From Treponemataceae bacterium (GTDB lineage Bacteria > Spirochaetota > Spirochaetia > Treponematales > Rectinemataceae), in assembly GCA_963667725.2 (NCBI GenBank), contig CAXXHO010000003.1:1312001-1376000 (forward strand): a stretch of DNA of 64,000 bases, in the 5' to 3' direction. This document shows positions 56,029 through 64,000 of the stretch, in pieces (position 1 is the first letter of the stretch; every line of letters begins with the position of its first letter). The position numbers were made by a program, and so were the translations under genes. The notes beneath the pieces were generated by a model. The model did not search any database. It was not told where the DNA came from and was given only the letters and a program-made list of their open reading frames with translations.

Positions 56029-58305
56029 ATGGACAATAATGAATTCAAACTTTCGGCAATCCTCTCGATAGATATCCCGGATCTCTCCTTTTCCGGTGAT
56101 GGCGAGGAGGAAGTCGATCAGGTCGAACTCTGCCACCGCCTCATCCAGGCATCCACCCTTTCCCACGGCGGTTCCCTGATAAAAGCGATCGGCGATTCTT
56201 TCATGATAACCTTCAGCAATTGCCAGGATGCCGTAAAATGCGCGATGGAGATCGCGGATAAGCTTGGCGGCCTTCCAGCGGCCAATGCGAAGGCCTCCTC
56301 GCCGGAAAAGGCGTCGAGACTTCATGCCCGCATGGGCATCCATCTCGGCGATATCCGCTTCTTCGAGAAAAACGTCTTTGGCGATGCCGTGGATATTGCC
56401 TCGGCACTCCAGGTAGCGGCCAAGCCCGGTACTATCTGCGTGTCAGGCGAAGTTCTCTCCCTCATACGCGAAAAAATCCCGCTGAACGCCACCCTTATCT
56501 CCGGGCAAAGGCGCAAGACCATCCCCGGAAGCATTCAGGCCTACGAGATTTCGACGCCCGCCGCTTCGCCATCCGCCTCGTCCGGATCCGGTCCCTCCCT
56601 CGAGGACATCCGAAAAGCCATCCTGGAGGAGACACGACTTCGCGGAAGACGCCTCACCGTGGATGAGGCTCTGGAAAAATTCGGCTGGTACGGCATCGAA
56701 GCCACCGAGGTGATAGCCTCGCTGGCCGACGCTGGCATACTCGTCGGGAAAAAAGCCACGCGAAGCGAGGCTTCCGGCGCCCCCCCGCGGAGCGAAGCTC
56801 CCGGCTATTCTTCCGCCGCTTCAGCGGGCGATCTAGGCAAGAGCATCGAATCCGCCATCCATTCCATAGTGACGGAGATCGAGAGAGCCGTCGAAAGCAA
56901 CGTAAAGATCAATTCTTCGTCCTATGGCGGCAAATCCTCGGGTTCGGGCATCCATATCCGCCTCGACAAGGACAGTTTCAAGGAAAGCGCCCGGAGCTTC
57001 AAGGAAGTAGGCCGGGAGATCAAGCGGCAGGTCAGGGAGAGCCGGTACCAGGAACATCATGGGGGCTATTCTTCAGAGTACTATGCCGAGAGGCAGGAAG
57101 AGCGCGGAAAAAGACGCGACGGTCGTCGCTCCAGCCGCTCGACATCCTCAGGCGATACCGTGCCGTCCACGACCTCCTTTGGCGCCTACAGGTCAGAACT
57201 TAGCGCCAAGGCCGGCAAACTCAGAAAGGGTCTCATCGGCGACTTCATTGGCACCATAATCGCCAACGCTGGTCTCTGGTACGTCAACCTGAATTTCTCC
57301 CAGGGAGTCCTTTGGGCGCCCATCGTGAGCATCTTCACGGGATTCGGCCTCGTCGACTCCATCCTTCAGGCCATAAGGACCTCGCGCCACGCCAGCGAGA
57401 CCGAAGCCCTGCCGGAACTCGACGACGAAGAGACGAAAGAACTCAAGAAAATGCACAAGGAAGGGAACTCGATCGGCAAGCATTTCATCAGCGCCCTTTC
57501 CATTCCCGCGGCCCTCTACTACATCAATATGACCTTCGACAAGGGCAATTCCTGGTTCCTCATCCCCGCTGCCATAATGGTCGCGACCTTCTTCATCCAC
57601 TTCATGACCTACATCACGACAGCTCCTTCCCGCCGCCGGAAATTTTTCGACAAACTGGGCGTTAAGGGCAATAGAAAAGGCCTTAAGGAAGCCAAGAAAC
57701 AGCGAGAAACGACGACGACTGAGCTGGGCGCCTACGCGGGCATCTACCGCGATGCCCAGGATTACGCGAAGGACATCGAAAGTTCGCTCGCGTCCTCCGA
57801 TCCTTCCTCGGCGGCCGAGCTGAAACCCCAAATGGACGGCTACCTCAAGCAGGTCCTCCTCCTGGCGAAGACGGCCAACGAGCTCGACTCCATCATCGGC
57901 GAAATTCCCATGGAAGCGCTTGAGAAGGACAAAGCCACGCTCAAAGCCAAGCTGGGGAAGGCCGCGGAGGGAATGAGGTCAGAATACGAAGGCAGCATAA
58001 AGGAAATCGAAAAACAGGAAGAGTCCTTCAAAGCCCTCGCCGAGCAGAGCGAAGTGATCGACCTCCGCCTGCGATCCTCGGTCAGTCAGCTCCAGCAGCT
58101 CAAGATGGATCTGGCCAGGGCCAGGGCGGCGGACGCAGAAACCGATACGGGAAGAACCGAATCGGCCCTCTCCTCGATCCGCGCCCGTTCGGAGGAACTA
58201 TCCCATTATATCGACGATCTCAAGCAGGGCAATCTCGAAGCCCTCGCCGATCCCTTCCTGGAGCTGGAAAAGAAGTACGGCCAGTCTCCTGGTACCCCCG
58301 ACTGA
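56029..58305 (+). CDS. class III nucleotidyl cyclase-like domain + 4 TM + coiled-coil protein
   Basis: LSIDI, IKAIGDSF, RMGIHLGD, FGDAVDIAS; two 2TM-like repeats; helical C-terminus. Confidence 0.78.
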   Translation: MDNNEFKLSAILSIDIPDLSFSGDGEEEVDQVELCHRLIQASTLSHGGSLIKAIGDSFMITFSNCQDAVKCAMEIADKLGGLPAANAKASSPEKASRLHARMGIHLGDIRFFEKNVFGDAVDIASALQVAAKPGTICVSGEVLSLIREKIPLNATLISGQRRKTIPGSIQAYEISTPAASPSASSGSGPSLEDIRKAILEETRLRGRRLTVDEALEKFGWYGIEATEVIASLADAGILVGKKATRSEASGAPPRSEAPGYSSAASAGDLGKSIESAIHSIVTEIERAVESNVKINSSSYGGKSSGSGIHIRLDKDSFKESARSFKEVGREIKRQVRESRYQEHHGGYSSEYYAERQEERGKRRDGRRSSRSTSSGDTVPSTTSFGAYRSELSAKAGKLRKGLIGDFIGTIIANAGLWYVNLNFSQGVLWAPIVSIFTGFGLVDSILQAIRTSRHASETEALPELDDEETKELKKMHKEGNSIGKHFISALSIPAALYYINMTFDKGNSWFLIPAAIMVATFFIHFMTYITTAPSRRRKFFDKLGVKGNRKGLKEAKKQRETTTTELGAYAGIYRDAQDYAKDIESSLASSDPSSAAELKPQMDGYLKQVLLLAKTANELDSIIGEIPMEALEKDKATLKAKLGKAAEGMRSEYEGSIKEIEKQEESFKALAEQSEVIDLRLRSSVSQLQQLKMDLARARAADAETDTGRTESALSSIRARSEELSHYIDDLKQGNLEALADPFLELEKKYGQSPGTPD

Positions 58306-58308
58306 AGC

Positions 58309-59223
58309 TTACCGTCCGATCATAGCCCAGATCTTACCCATGGCCTTATCCGTGCTGGAATTGTCGATATAGTTGCCGGGCAGCCTGAAAAGATCGAGGC
58401 TCGAGGCCGGGACGAAGCGGTTGTCCGAAGTTCTTATAGCCTTATAGCCGGCGCTTATGGCGATTTCCACGATATCTTTCCTGCCGGCTCCCGATCCGAA
58501 GGGAAGCGCGAGATACTGAGCCGGTTCCCCTGTATTGCTCTCTATCGCGGCCCTGGATTCTGTCAATTCCTTTATGAGCGTGCTTTGATCCACATCCCCA
58601 AGGAATTTATGGCTGACACCATGCGATCCGATGGTGAAAAGCCTGTTGCCTGAAGAATCCCTGTACTGGGCCATTTCCCGTATCTGGGACCAGTTCATAT
58701 AGCCAATCTCCCCGACAAAGCCGGAGATGACGAAAAAAGTCGCCTCAATCCCGTATTCCTTCAGCAGCGGGTATGCGATGGCGTACATGGAAAGATCGCC
58801 ATCGTCGAAGGTGACGAGGGCCGCGTCAGTCGTCAGCCGCATACTGCCTTCCCTTATGGCAAGCAGATCATCGAAACCGATAATCTTGAAGCGTTTTCTC
58901 AGGAAAGCCAGGTCGTGTTCAAAATTGTAAATGTCCCTGTTGTATTCATTGCCCGTCCTTCCGAACACGAGATTATGGTACATGAGTATGACGATCTTGG
59001 GATCTTTTCTCTCCGGCACTTCTTGGCCAAGCAGCTCTTCGGCGCTGACGGTCATCGCTTGCCGTCCCGAAGCGGCCCCTTCTTCCTTCCAATAACGGAT
59101 GCTGTTTCCCTGGCTATTCTCCTGGCTGTCATTCGTGACTGGAGCTGTGGCGCAGGAAATAACCAGGGCGAGGAAAAAGGTAAAAGCAAGAGATGCTATG
59201 GAAACCTTCGCGTAGCGTGACAT
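58309..59223 (-). CDS. polysaccharide deacetylase family lipoprotein
   Basis: lipobox VISC, ILMYH, TFDDG, GSHG.SH, LPFG. Confidence 0.88.
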   Translation of the reverse strand: MSRYAKVSIASLAFTFFLALVISCATAPVTNDSQENSQGNSIRYWKEEGAASGRQAMTVSAEELLGQEVPERKDPKIVILMYHNLVFGRTGNEYNRDIYNFEHDLAFLRKRFKIIGFDDLLAIREGSMRLTTDAALVTFDDGDLSMYAIAYPLLKEYGIEATFFVISGFVGEIGYMNWSQIREMAQYRDSSGNRLFTIGSHGVSHKFLGDVDQSTLIKELTESRAAIESNTGEPAQYLALPFGSGAGRKDIVEIAISAGYKAIRTSDNRFVPASSLDLFRLPGNYIDNSSTDKAMGKIWAMIGR

Positions 59224-59294
59224 GGATACTCCTGCATTTTAAATTATCGTGTCGCGAGTATACCATTCTCCACTGAAAGCACTCAACAACGAAA

Positions 59295-61136
59295 TCAGCT
59301 GGTCGCCTTAAGCTCGCGGCGGGTGGTTTTACGTTCCATGGAGCTGAGAATCGCCTTGCGGAGGCGGATGGATTTGGGCGTTACCTCGACCATGTCGTCT
59401 TCATGAAGAAGGAGGATGGCGCGTTCCAGCGTCATAGGCTGAATAGGCGTCAGCGTCAGCGCCTCATCCTTTAAGACCGAACGCATGTTGGAGAGTTTTT
59501 TCTCCTTCGCGGGATTCACTTCGAGGTCAGAGTCGAGATTATGTTCGCCGATGATCATTCCTTCATATACGGGATCTCCGGGAACGACGAAAAGGTGCCC
59601 GCGGGGCTCGAGGTGGTACAGACCGTAGGTGACGGCTTTCCCGCTGCGGTCGGACACGAGGAATCCGGTAAAATGGTCGTTGAAGTCGCCTCGGTATTCC
59701 TCATAGCCGGAAAAGTAGGTATTCATGATACCGGTGCCTTTGGTGTCGGTGAGGAAGGTGTCACGGTAGCCGATAAGCGAACGGGAAGGCACGGAAAATT
59801 CTATATGAATGCGGGCCCCATCGTGGCAGGTATAGGAGAGCATGCGGCCTTTGTGGGCGGAAATTTTGTCGGTCACGGTACCAGCGAAAAGTTCGTTGCA
59901 GTCCACAAAGAGGTGTTCAATGGGCTCTAGCCTGCGGCCGTCCTTGTACTTAAAAATGACTTCGGGCCGTCCGACACAGATTTCGAAATCCTCCCTTCGC
60001 AGCTGTTCGATGAGGATGACGAGCTGGAATTCCCCCCTGCCCCGCACGATGTACCCGCCTCCGCCCTTCACCTCAGCCACCTGGATGGATACATTTTTGA
60101 GCGTTTCCTTCCTGAGGCGCTCAAAGAGCTTCATCGACTGTATTTTTTTCCCGTCGAGGCCGGAAAGCGGCGAGGTGTTCACGGTAAAAAGCATGGAAAC
60201 CGTCGGTTCGTCGATGACGATGCGCGGCAATGCCTTGGGGTATTCGCTCGTACAGATGGTATCGCCGATATGGACGTTTTCGATGCCCGACAGAACGAAT
60301 ATATCGCCTGTCTCGGCGCTCTCGGCCTCCACAAGCTTGATGCCCGAGTAGGTGTGCAGCTTGGAAATGTTCAGCGCTTCGCGGACATCGCCTTCCCCTA
60401 TGCACACAAGGCTGTCCTTGGAATGCGCCCGACCGTTTATCACCTTGCCTATAGCCTGGCGCCCGAAATAGTCGGAATACGAAAGGTCGGAAACAAGCAT
60501 CTGGAAAGGCTCGCCGCTCGTGTACGAGGGCGGATTTATCTCTTCCAGGATGGCATTGAATAGCGGTGTCAGGTTTTCGCCCGCTTCCTCGAGCGTTTTC
60601 TGCGCGATTCCCTTTTTACCGATCGCGTAAAGCAGCGGGAACTCAAGCTGCTCCTCGTTCGCTCCCAGGTCTATGAAAAGGTCGTATATCTCGCTCAATA
60701 CTTCGGCGGGACGGGCGTCCGGCCTATCTATCTTGTTGATGACAACGACGATGGACAGCTTCAGTTCCAGCGCTTTCTTGAGGACGAAACGAGTTTGAGG
60801 TAGGGGTCCTTCGGAGGCGTCGACAAGGAGAATGGCCCCATCCACCATGGAAAGCGCGCGCTCCACTTCTCCGCCGAAATCGGCATGGCCTGGGGTGTCC
60901 AGGATGTTTATCTTGATCCCTTTCCATAAAACGGAACAGTTTTTCGCGGTGATGGTGATCCCGCGTTCGCGCTCGAGATCCATGCTGTCCATGAGGCGTT
61001 CCGTCTCCTCCTGGCCCGCGCGGAAAAACCCCGACTGCCTGAACATGGCATCGACGAGGGTGGTTTTCCCATGGTCTACATGGGCGATAATGGCGATATT
61101 GCGTATTCCGGGATTGGATTCGTCTTTATTGGGCAA
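59295..61136 (-). CDS. typA: translational GTPase TypA/BipA
   Basis: IRNIAIIAHVDHGKTT, ERERGITI, DTPGHADFGGEVER, GRGEFQL, EVTPKSIRLRK; TTG start after AGGA. Confidence 0.92.
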   Translation of the reverse strand: MPNKDESNPGIRNIAIIAHVDHGKTTLVDAMFRQSGFFRAGQEETERLMDSMDLERERGITITAKNCSVLWKGIKINILDTPGHADFGGEVERALSMVDGAILLVDASEGPLPQTRFVLKKALELKLSIVVVINKIDRPDARPAEVLSEIYDLFIDLGANEEQLEFPLLYAIGKKGIAQKTLEEAGENLTPLFNAILEEINPPSYTSGEPFQMLVSDLSYSDYFGRQAIGKVINGRAHSKDSLVCIGEGDVREALNISKLHTYSGIKLVEAESAETGDIFVLSGIENVHIGDTICTSEYPKALPRIVIDEPTVSMLFTVNTSPLSGLDGKKIQSMKLFERLRKETLKNVSIQVAEVKGGGGYIVRGRGEFQLVILIEQLRREDFEICVGRPEVIFKYKDGRRLEPIEHLFVDCNELFAGTVTDKISAHKGRMLSYTCHDGARIHIEFSVPSRSLIGYRDTFLTDTKGTGIMNTYFSGYEEYRGDFNDHFTGFLVSDRSGKAVTYGLYHLEPRGHLFVVPGDPVYEGMIIGEHNLDSDLEVNPAKEKKLSNMRSVLKDEALTLTPIQPMTLERAILLLHEDDMVEVTPKSIRLRKAILSSMERKTTRRELKATS

Positions 61137-61235
61137 TGTAATTCCTGATTTCGTTCGCAGCGACGTGGGATGAAGCCAGTATAGCCGATAAGGGGATTCT
61201 ACGAATAGCATGCAATCTATGCTACACTCGCCGTC

Positions 61236-61664
61236 ATGATTTACGTAGCATCCATCATTCTGATCGTCGTTTCAAACATATTCTACAACATCACGCAGAA
61301 GTCAACGCCGAACGGCGCGAACCCCTTCGCGGCACTCCTTGTCACCTACCTTACGGCGGCTATCGTGACCGCTGCGGCGCTGATCATCTCCCAGAGACGC
61401 GAAGTACGAGGATTTTCCGAGAGTTTCCGCGGCGTCAATTGGACAAGCATAGTGCTCGGAATCGCGATCATCGGTCTCGAACTGGGATTCCTGCTGGCGT
61501 TTCGCGCCGGATGGGATATAAGCAGGGCTTCGCTGATCGCGAACATACTTCTCGCGATAATCCTGATACCGGTGGGGATTTTTATCTACAAGGAATCCTT
61601 TAGCCTGCAGAAAGCGGTCGGGGTAGCTCTTTGCATCGCGGGACTTTTCGTCATGAATCGATAA
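61236..61664 (+). CDS. EamA/DMT family transporter (single repeat)
   Basis: 5 TMs, YN..QK..P...NP, LELGFLLAFRAGW. Confidence 0.8.
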   Translation: MIYVASIILIVVSNIFYNITQKSTPNGANPFAALLVTYLTAAIVTAAALIISQRREVRGFSESFRGVNWTSIVLGIAIIGLELGFLLAFRAGWDISRASLIANILLAIILIPVGIFIYKESFSLQKAVGVALCIAGLFVMNR

Positions 61665-61680
61665 AAGACCAGCCAACCCA

Positions 61681-61716
61681 ATAAAAATCCCCGGGAACCT
61701 TCCGATCCCCGGGGAT
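61681..61716 (-). terminator. intrinsic terminator between convergent genes
   Basis: ATCCCCGGG...CCCGGGGAT followed by TTTTATT on the minus strand. Confidence 0.7.
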
Positions 61717-61825
61717 ACAACAATTTTTAAGATAATGCCGCTTGGCTATTTTATGAGCTTGCCTTCATTTACCGCATTCTTACCCACTTCAATACCGAAG
61801 ACGAGGGGCAATATCTTTCTACACC

Positions 61826-62929
61826 TTATTCGCGGTATACACAGGTCATATCGCATTCCCCACCCTCCGCGCAGGTCTTTCCGGGGAAACTTAATTCAAG
61901 ATAAGGGTAAGGATCCATGGTGCCATAATCGGCTCCCATCAATATATCCCGGCAGAGAGTCCTAAGCTCGGAGCTGGCGGCGCCAGCATTGCGGGCTGCT
62001 TCGATATGGGGACAATATTTAAAATTCTTGACTGCTTTTTGGTTATTGAAACTCGTGATCGTCTGCTGCCATACCAAGAGGCCGGCACGGGAAGATATTT
62101 GACGCAGCCAGACATCAGGAGTGCCCTCCTTCGAAAACTTTATTGTTTGACCCTTGCCGAAGCTATAGCAGGCATCGTAGAGGAAGGTAATTGAATCCAT
62201 CCAAGGAAATTGTTTCTGCATCATTTTCCAGCAGAGATATACGAGAAGTCCCCTGTCGCCTACTTTGTCCCTTAGCATCAATGTCACTTCTTTCTCGGAA
62301 TATGCCTCGTTAAATCCCATACTTCCAAGGAAAGCCTCAACACCTATGGAGGTATCGTTTTTCGTGCTTTGCGGTTTATCTTTCAGAAGGAAGGTAATGG
62401 TGAAAACACCATTCTGGTCTATACCTTCTATATCGCCAAGCACCTTAAGATTGGGATTGTTAGCGACTAAGCCATCGGCAATGCCTAAGAGTACTTCTTT
62501 CTTTAAATACCGTTTTTCATCTTCACTGGCCCCCGAACGCTCAGCACCCATACAGTAAGGAAAAGCGTGTAATGCCAACACAGCCTTCTCATCATTAAAT
62601 GTGGTGATCTTCATGTCCCATGCAATGATATCGGCTTTAGACAAGAGTTTTTTGAGAAAGTTTGAAGGAGTCTGGACTACAGGGAAATTCTTGGAGTGGA
62701 GTTTTCCGAATTCAAAACAAAGATCATGAAGAAACGCGGTAGCGTCAACTTTTTCCGGAAAGCGTTCCTTGAGCATTTTCCATATGACATACACCATGCT
62801 CCCGCTATCAGCGATATTGCCCTGTAACATTCTTCGGACATCATCACCACTGAAGATTCCGCTTACGCCTATTTCGCTGAACCATTTTTCAAGCCTATTC
62901 TTGTCGTCGGCTGCTAATACATGTTCCAT
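61826..62929 (-). CDS. tandem ATC-hydrolase/V4R-like domain protein
   Basis: internal duplication; C-terminal copy has YCPH...LC...D...TCAEGGECD; GGAGG RBS. Confidence 0.6.
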   Translation of the reverse strand: MEHVLAADDKNRLEKWFSEIGVSGIFSGDDVRRMLQGNIADSGSMVYVIWKMLKERFPEKVDATAFLHDLCFEFGKLHSKNFPVVQTPSNFLKKLLSKADIIAWDMKITTFNDEKAVLALHAFPYCMGAERSGASEDEKRYLKKEVLLGIADGLVANNPNLKVLGDIEGIDQNGVFTITFLLKDKPQSTKNDTSIGVEAFLGSMGFNEAYSEKEVTLMLRDKVGDRGLLVYLCWKMMQKQFPWMDSITFLYDACYSFGKGQTIKFSKEGTPDVWLRQISSRAGLLVWQQTITSFNNQKAVKNFKYCPHIEAARNAGAASSELRTLCRDILMGADYGTMDPYPYLELSFPGKTCAEGGECDMTCVYRE

Positions 62930-62952
62930 GAAAAACCTCCTGTTGTCCTTTA

Positions 62953-63699
62953 CTATTTATTCTGTGCTTTTTCCTGCTTTCGCAAGGTTCTACGTCCGTG
63001 TCCAAGGTATGCTTCCTGGACTTCAGGATTCTTAAGGACTTCCTGTCCTGTACCATACAAGGTTATAGAACCTGTTTGAAGGACATAGGCATGTGTAGCG
63101 AGCTTGAGCGCCTGATTTGCATTTTGCTCCACCATCAATATTGTTACGCCAGTCTTGTTAATTTCCAGAATCTGCTTAAATATTTCCTTGACGAGTACGG
63201 GAGCAAGACCAAGAGAAGGTTCATCAAGCATAAGCAGACGCGGCTTCGACATGATTCCGCGCCCTATGGCGAGCATCTGCTGTTCACCACCAGACAGCGT
63301 ATTGGCTTGTTGTTTTAATCGTTCTTTCATTCTTGGAAATATAGTAAGCACATAATCCAGGTCATCTTCGACGGATTTGGACATTTTTCTCAAGTAAGCG
63401 CCCATTAGAAGGTTTTCCTTGACTGTGAGGGATCCGAATATTCTCCTTCCCTCAGGCACCAGGACAATGCCAGACGACACTACTTTATGGACAGCAACCG
63501 GCACCGGTTCATCACAGAAGGTTATGGAACCTTGTGACTTCTTGACTATGCCAGCAAGGGTATTCAGAAGTGTGGTCTTTCCGGCGCCATTGGCTCCTAC
63601 TATGCTTACGATTTCGCCTTCGGCAACTTCAAGATTAATGCCATGAAGAGCCTCGATTATTCCATAGCGAACTGTCAGGTCTTCCACTTTAAGTATCAC
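62953..63699 (-). CDS. livF: branched-chain amino acid-type ABC ATP-binding protein LivF
   Basis: GANGAGKTT, VPEGRRIF, LSGGEQQMLAIGR, LDEPSLGLAP. Confidence 0.92.
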   Translation of the reverse strand: MILKVEDLTVRYGIIEALHGINLEVAEGEIVSIVGANGAGKTTLLNTLAGIVKKSQGSITFCDEPVPVAVHKVVSSGIVLVPEGRRIFGSLTVKENLLMGAYLRKMSKSVEDDLDYVLTIFPRMKERLKQQANTLSGGEQQMLAIGRGIMSKPRLLMLDEPSLGLAPVLVKEIFKQILEINKTGVTILMVEQNANQALKLATHAYVLQTGSITLYGTGQEVLKNPEVQEAYLGHGRRTLRKQEKAQNK

Positions 63700-64000
63700 G
63701 AGAGTGCCTCTTCTTTGTCCTCTTCGTCATCTGGACCAAGATATGCCGTTATCACTTCCGCATTCGATTGAATTTCTTCTGGATTACCTTCCGCGAGCAC
63801 CTCGCCGAAATTGAGAACGATAATCCTCTCGCAAATCCCCATCACCAACTCCATGTGATGTTCGATGAGGAGAATCGTGAGATCGTATTTTTTACGCAGG
63901 CCTTCTATAAGATTCATCAGCTCGAGTGATTCATCGGGATTCATGCCGGCTGCGGGTTCATCCAAAAGTAAAACCTTTGGAGACAAGGCAAGCGCCCTCG
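63696..64000 (-). CDS. livG: branched-chain amino acid-type ABC ATP-binding protein LivG (3' part, truncated by the window)
   Basis: LLDEPAAGMNP, LIEHHM, VLNFG, AYLG. Confidence 0.88.
   Translation of the reverse strand, partial: RALALSPKVLLLDEPAAGMNPDESLELMNLIEGLRKKYDLTILLIEHHMELVMGICERIIVLNFGEVLAEGNPEEIQSNAEVITAYLGPDDEEDKEEALS

Noticed and set aside
56029..58305. Pycsar/CBASS-type defence system
   Set aside because: Cyclase catalytic residues are degenerate, there is no separate effector or defence-island context, and composition is core-like; kept only as a signalling candidate
1..64000. CRISPR arrays, IS elements, tRNA/rRNA, programmed frameshifts, Sec/Pyl read-through
   Set aside because: No regularly spaced repeats, transposase motifs, tRNA cloverleafs other than tmRNA, or interrupted conserved genes were seen by eye

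Overview
Gene-dense, GC-rich chromosomal window, most likely from a Spirochaetales bacterium. This is inferred from the uvrA-lptD-like adjacency, a long Borrelia/Treponema-type thymidine kinase, a short SMC and an HTH-EIIA fusion. It is mostly housekeeping: aromatic amino-acid biosynthesis (aroF-aroB-aroC-pheA-tyrA with convergent aroA), gdhA, a phoH-HDIG-ybeY-corC cluster, lptD-like, uvrA, ychF, mnmA, tmRNA, NAD salvage (pncA-pncB), pyrK-pyrD, oppA-tdk-MFS, smc, recX, rplM-rpsI, an RNB nuclease and typA. No CRISPR array, IS, integrase, rRNA or tRNA was seen. The most interesting items are: (i) a five-gene LolD/FtsX/FtsX/LolA-like/beta-barrel operon that looks like a complete uncharacterised trans-envelope transport system; (ii) a degenerate class III cyclase fused to two 2TM repeats and a coiled coil; (iii) a HEXXH metallopeptidase/HTH-like fusion; (iv) repeated leaderless-gene architecture; (v) an orphan OadB with a mini-subunit; (vi) an apparently hinge-less SMC; (vii) an AT-richer segment at the right end with a tandem ATC-hydrolase/V4R-like protein next to a LIV-type ABC transporter. 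All calls come from motif recognition by eye; no database searches were run.
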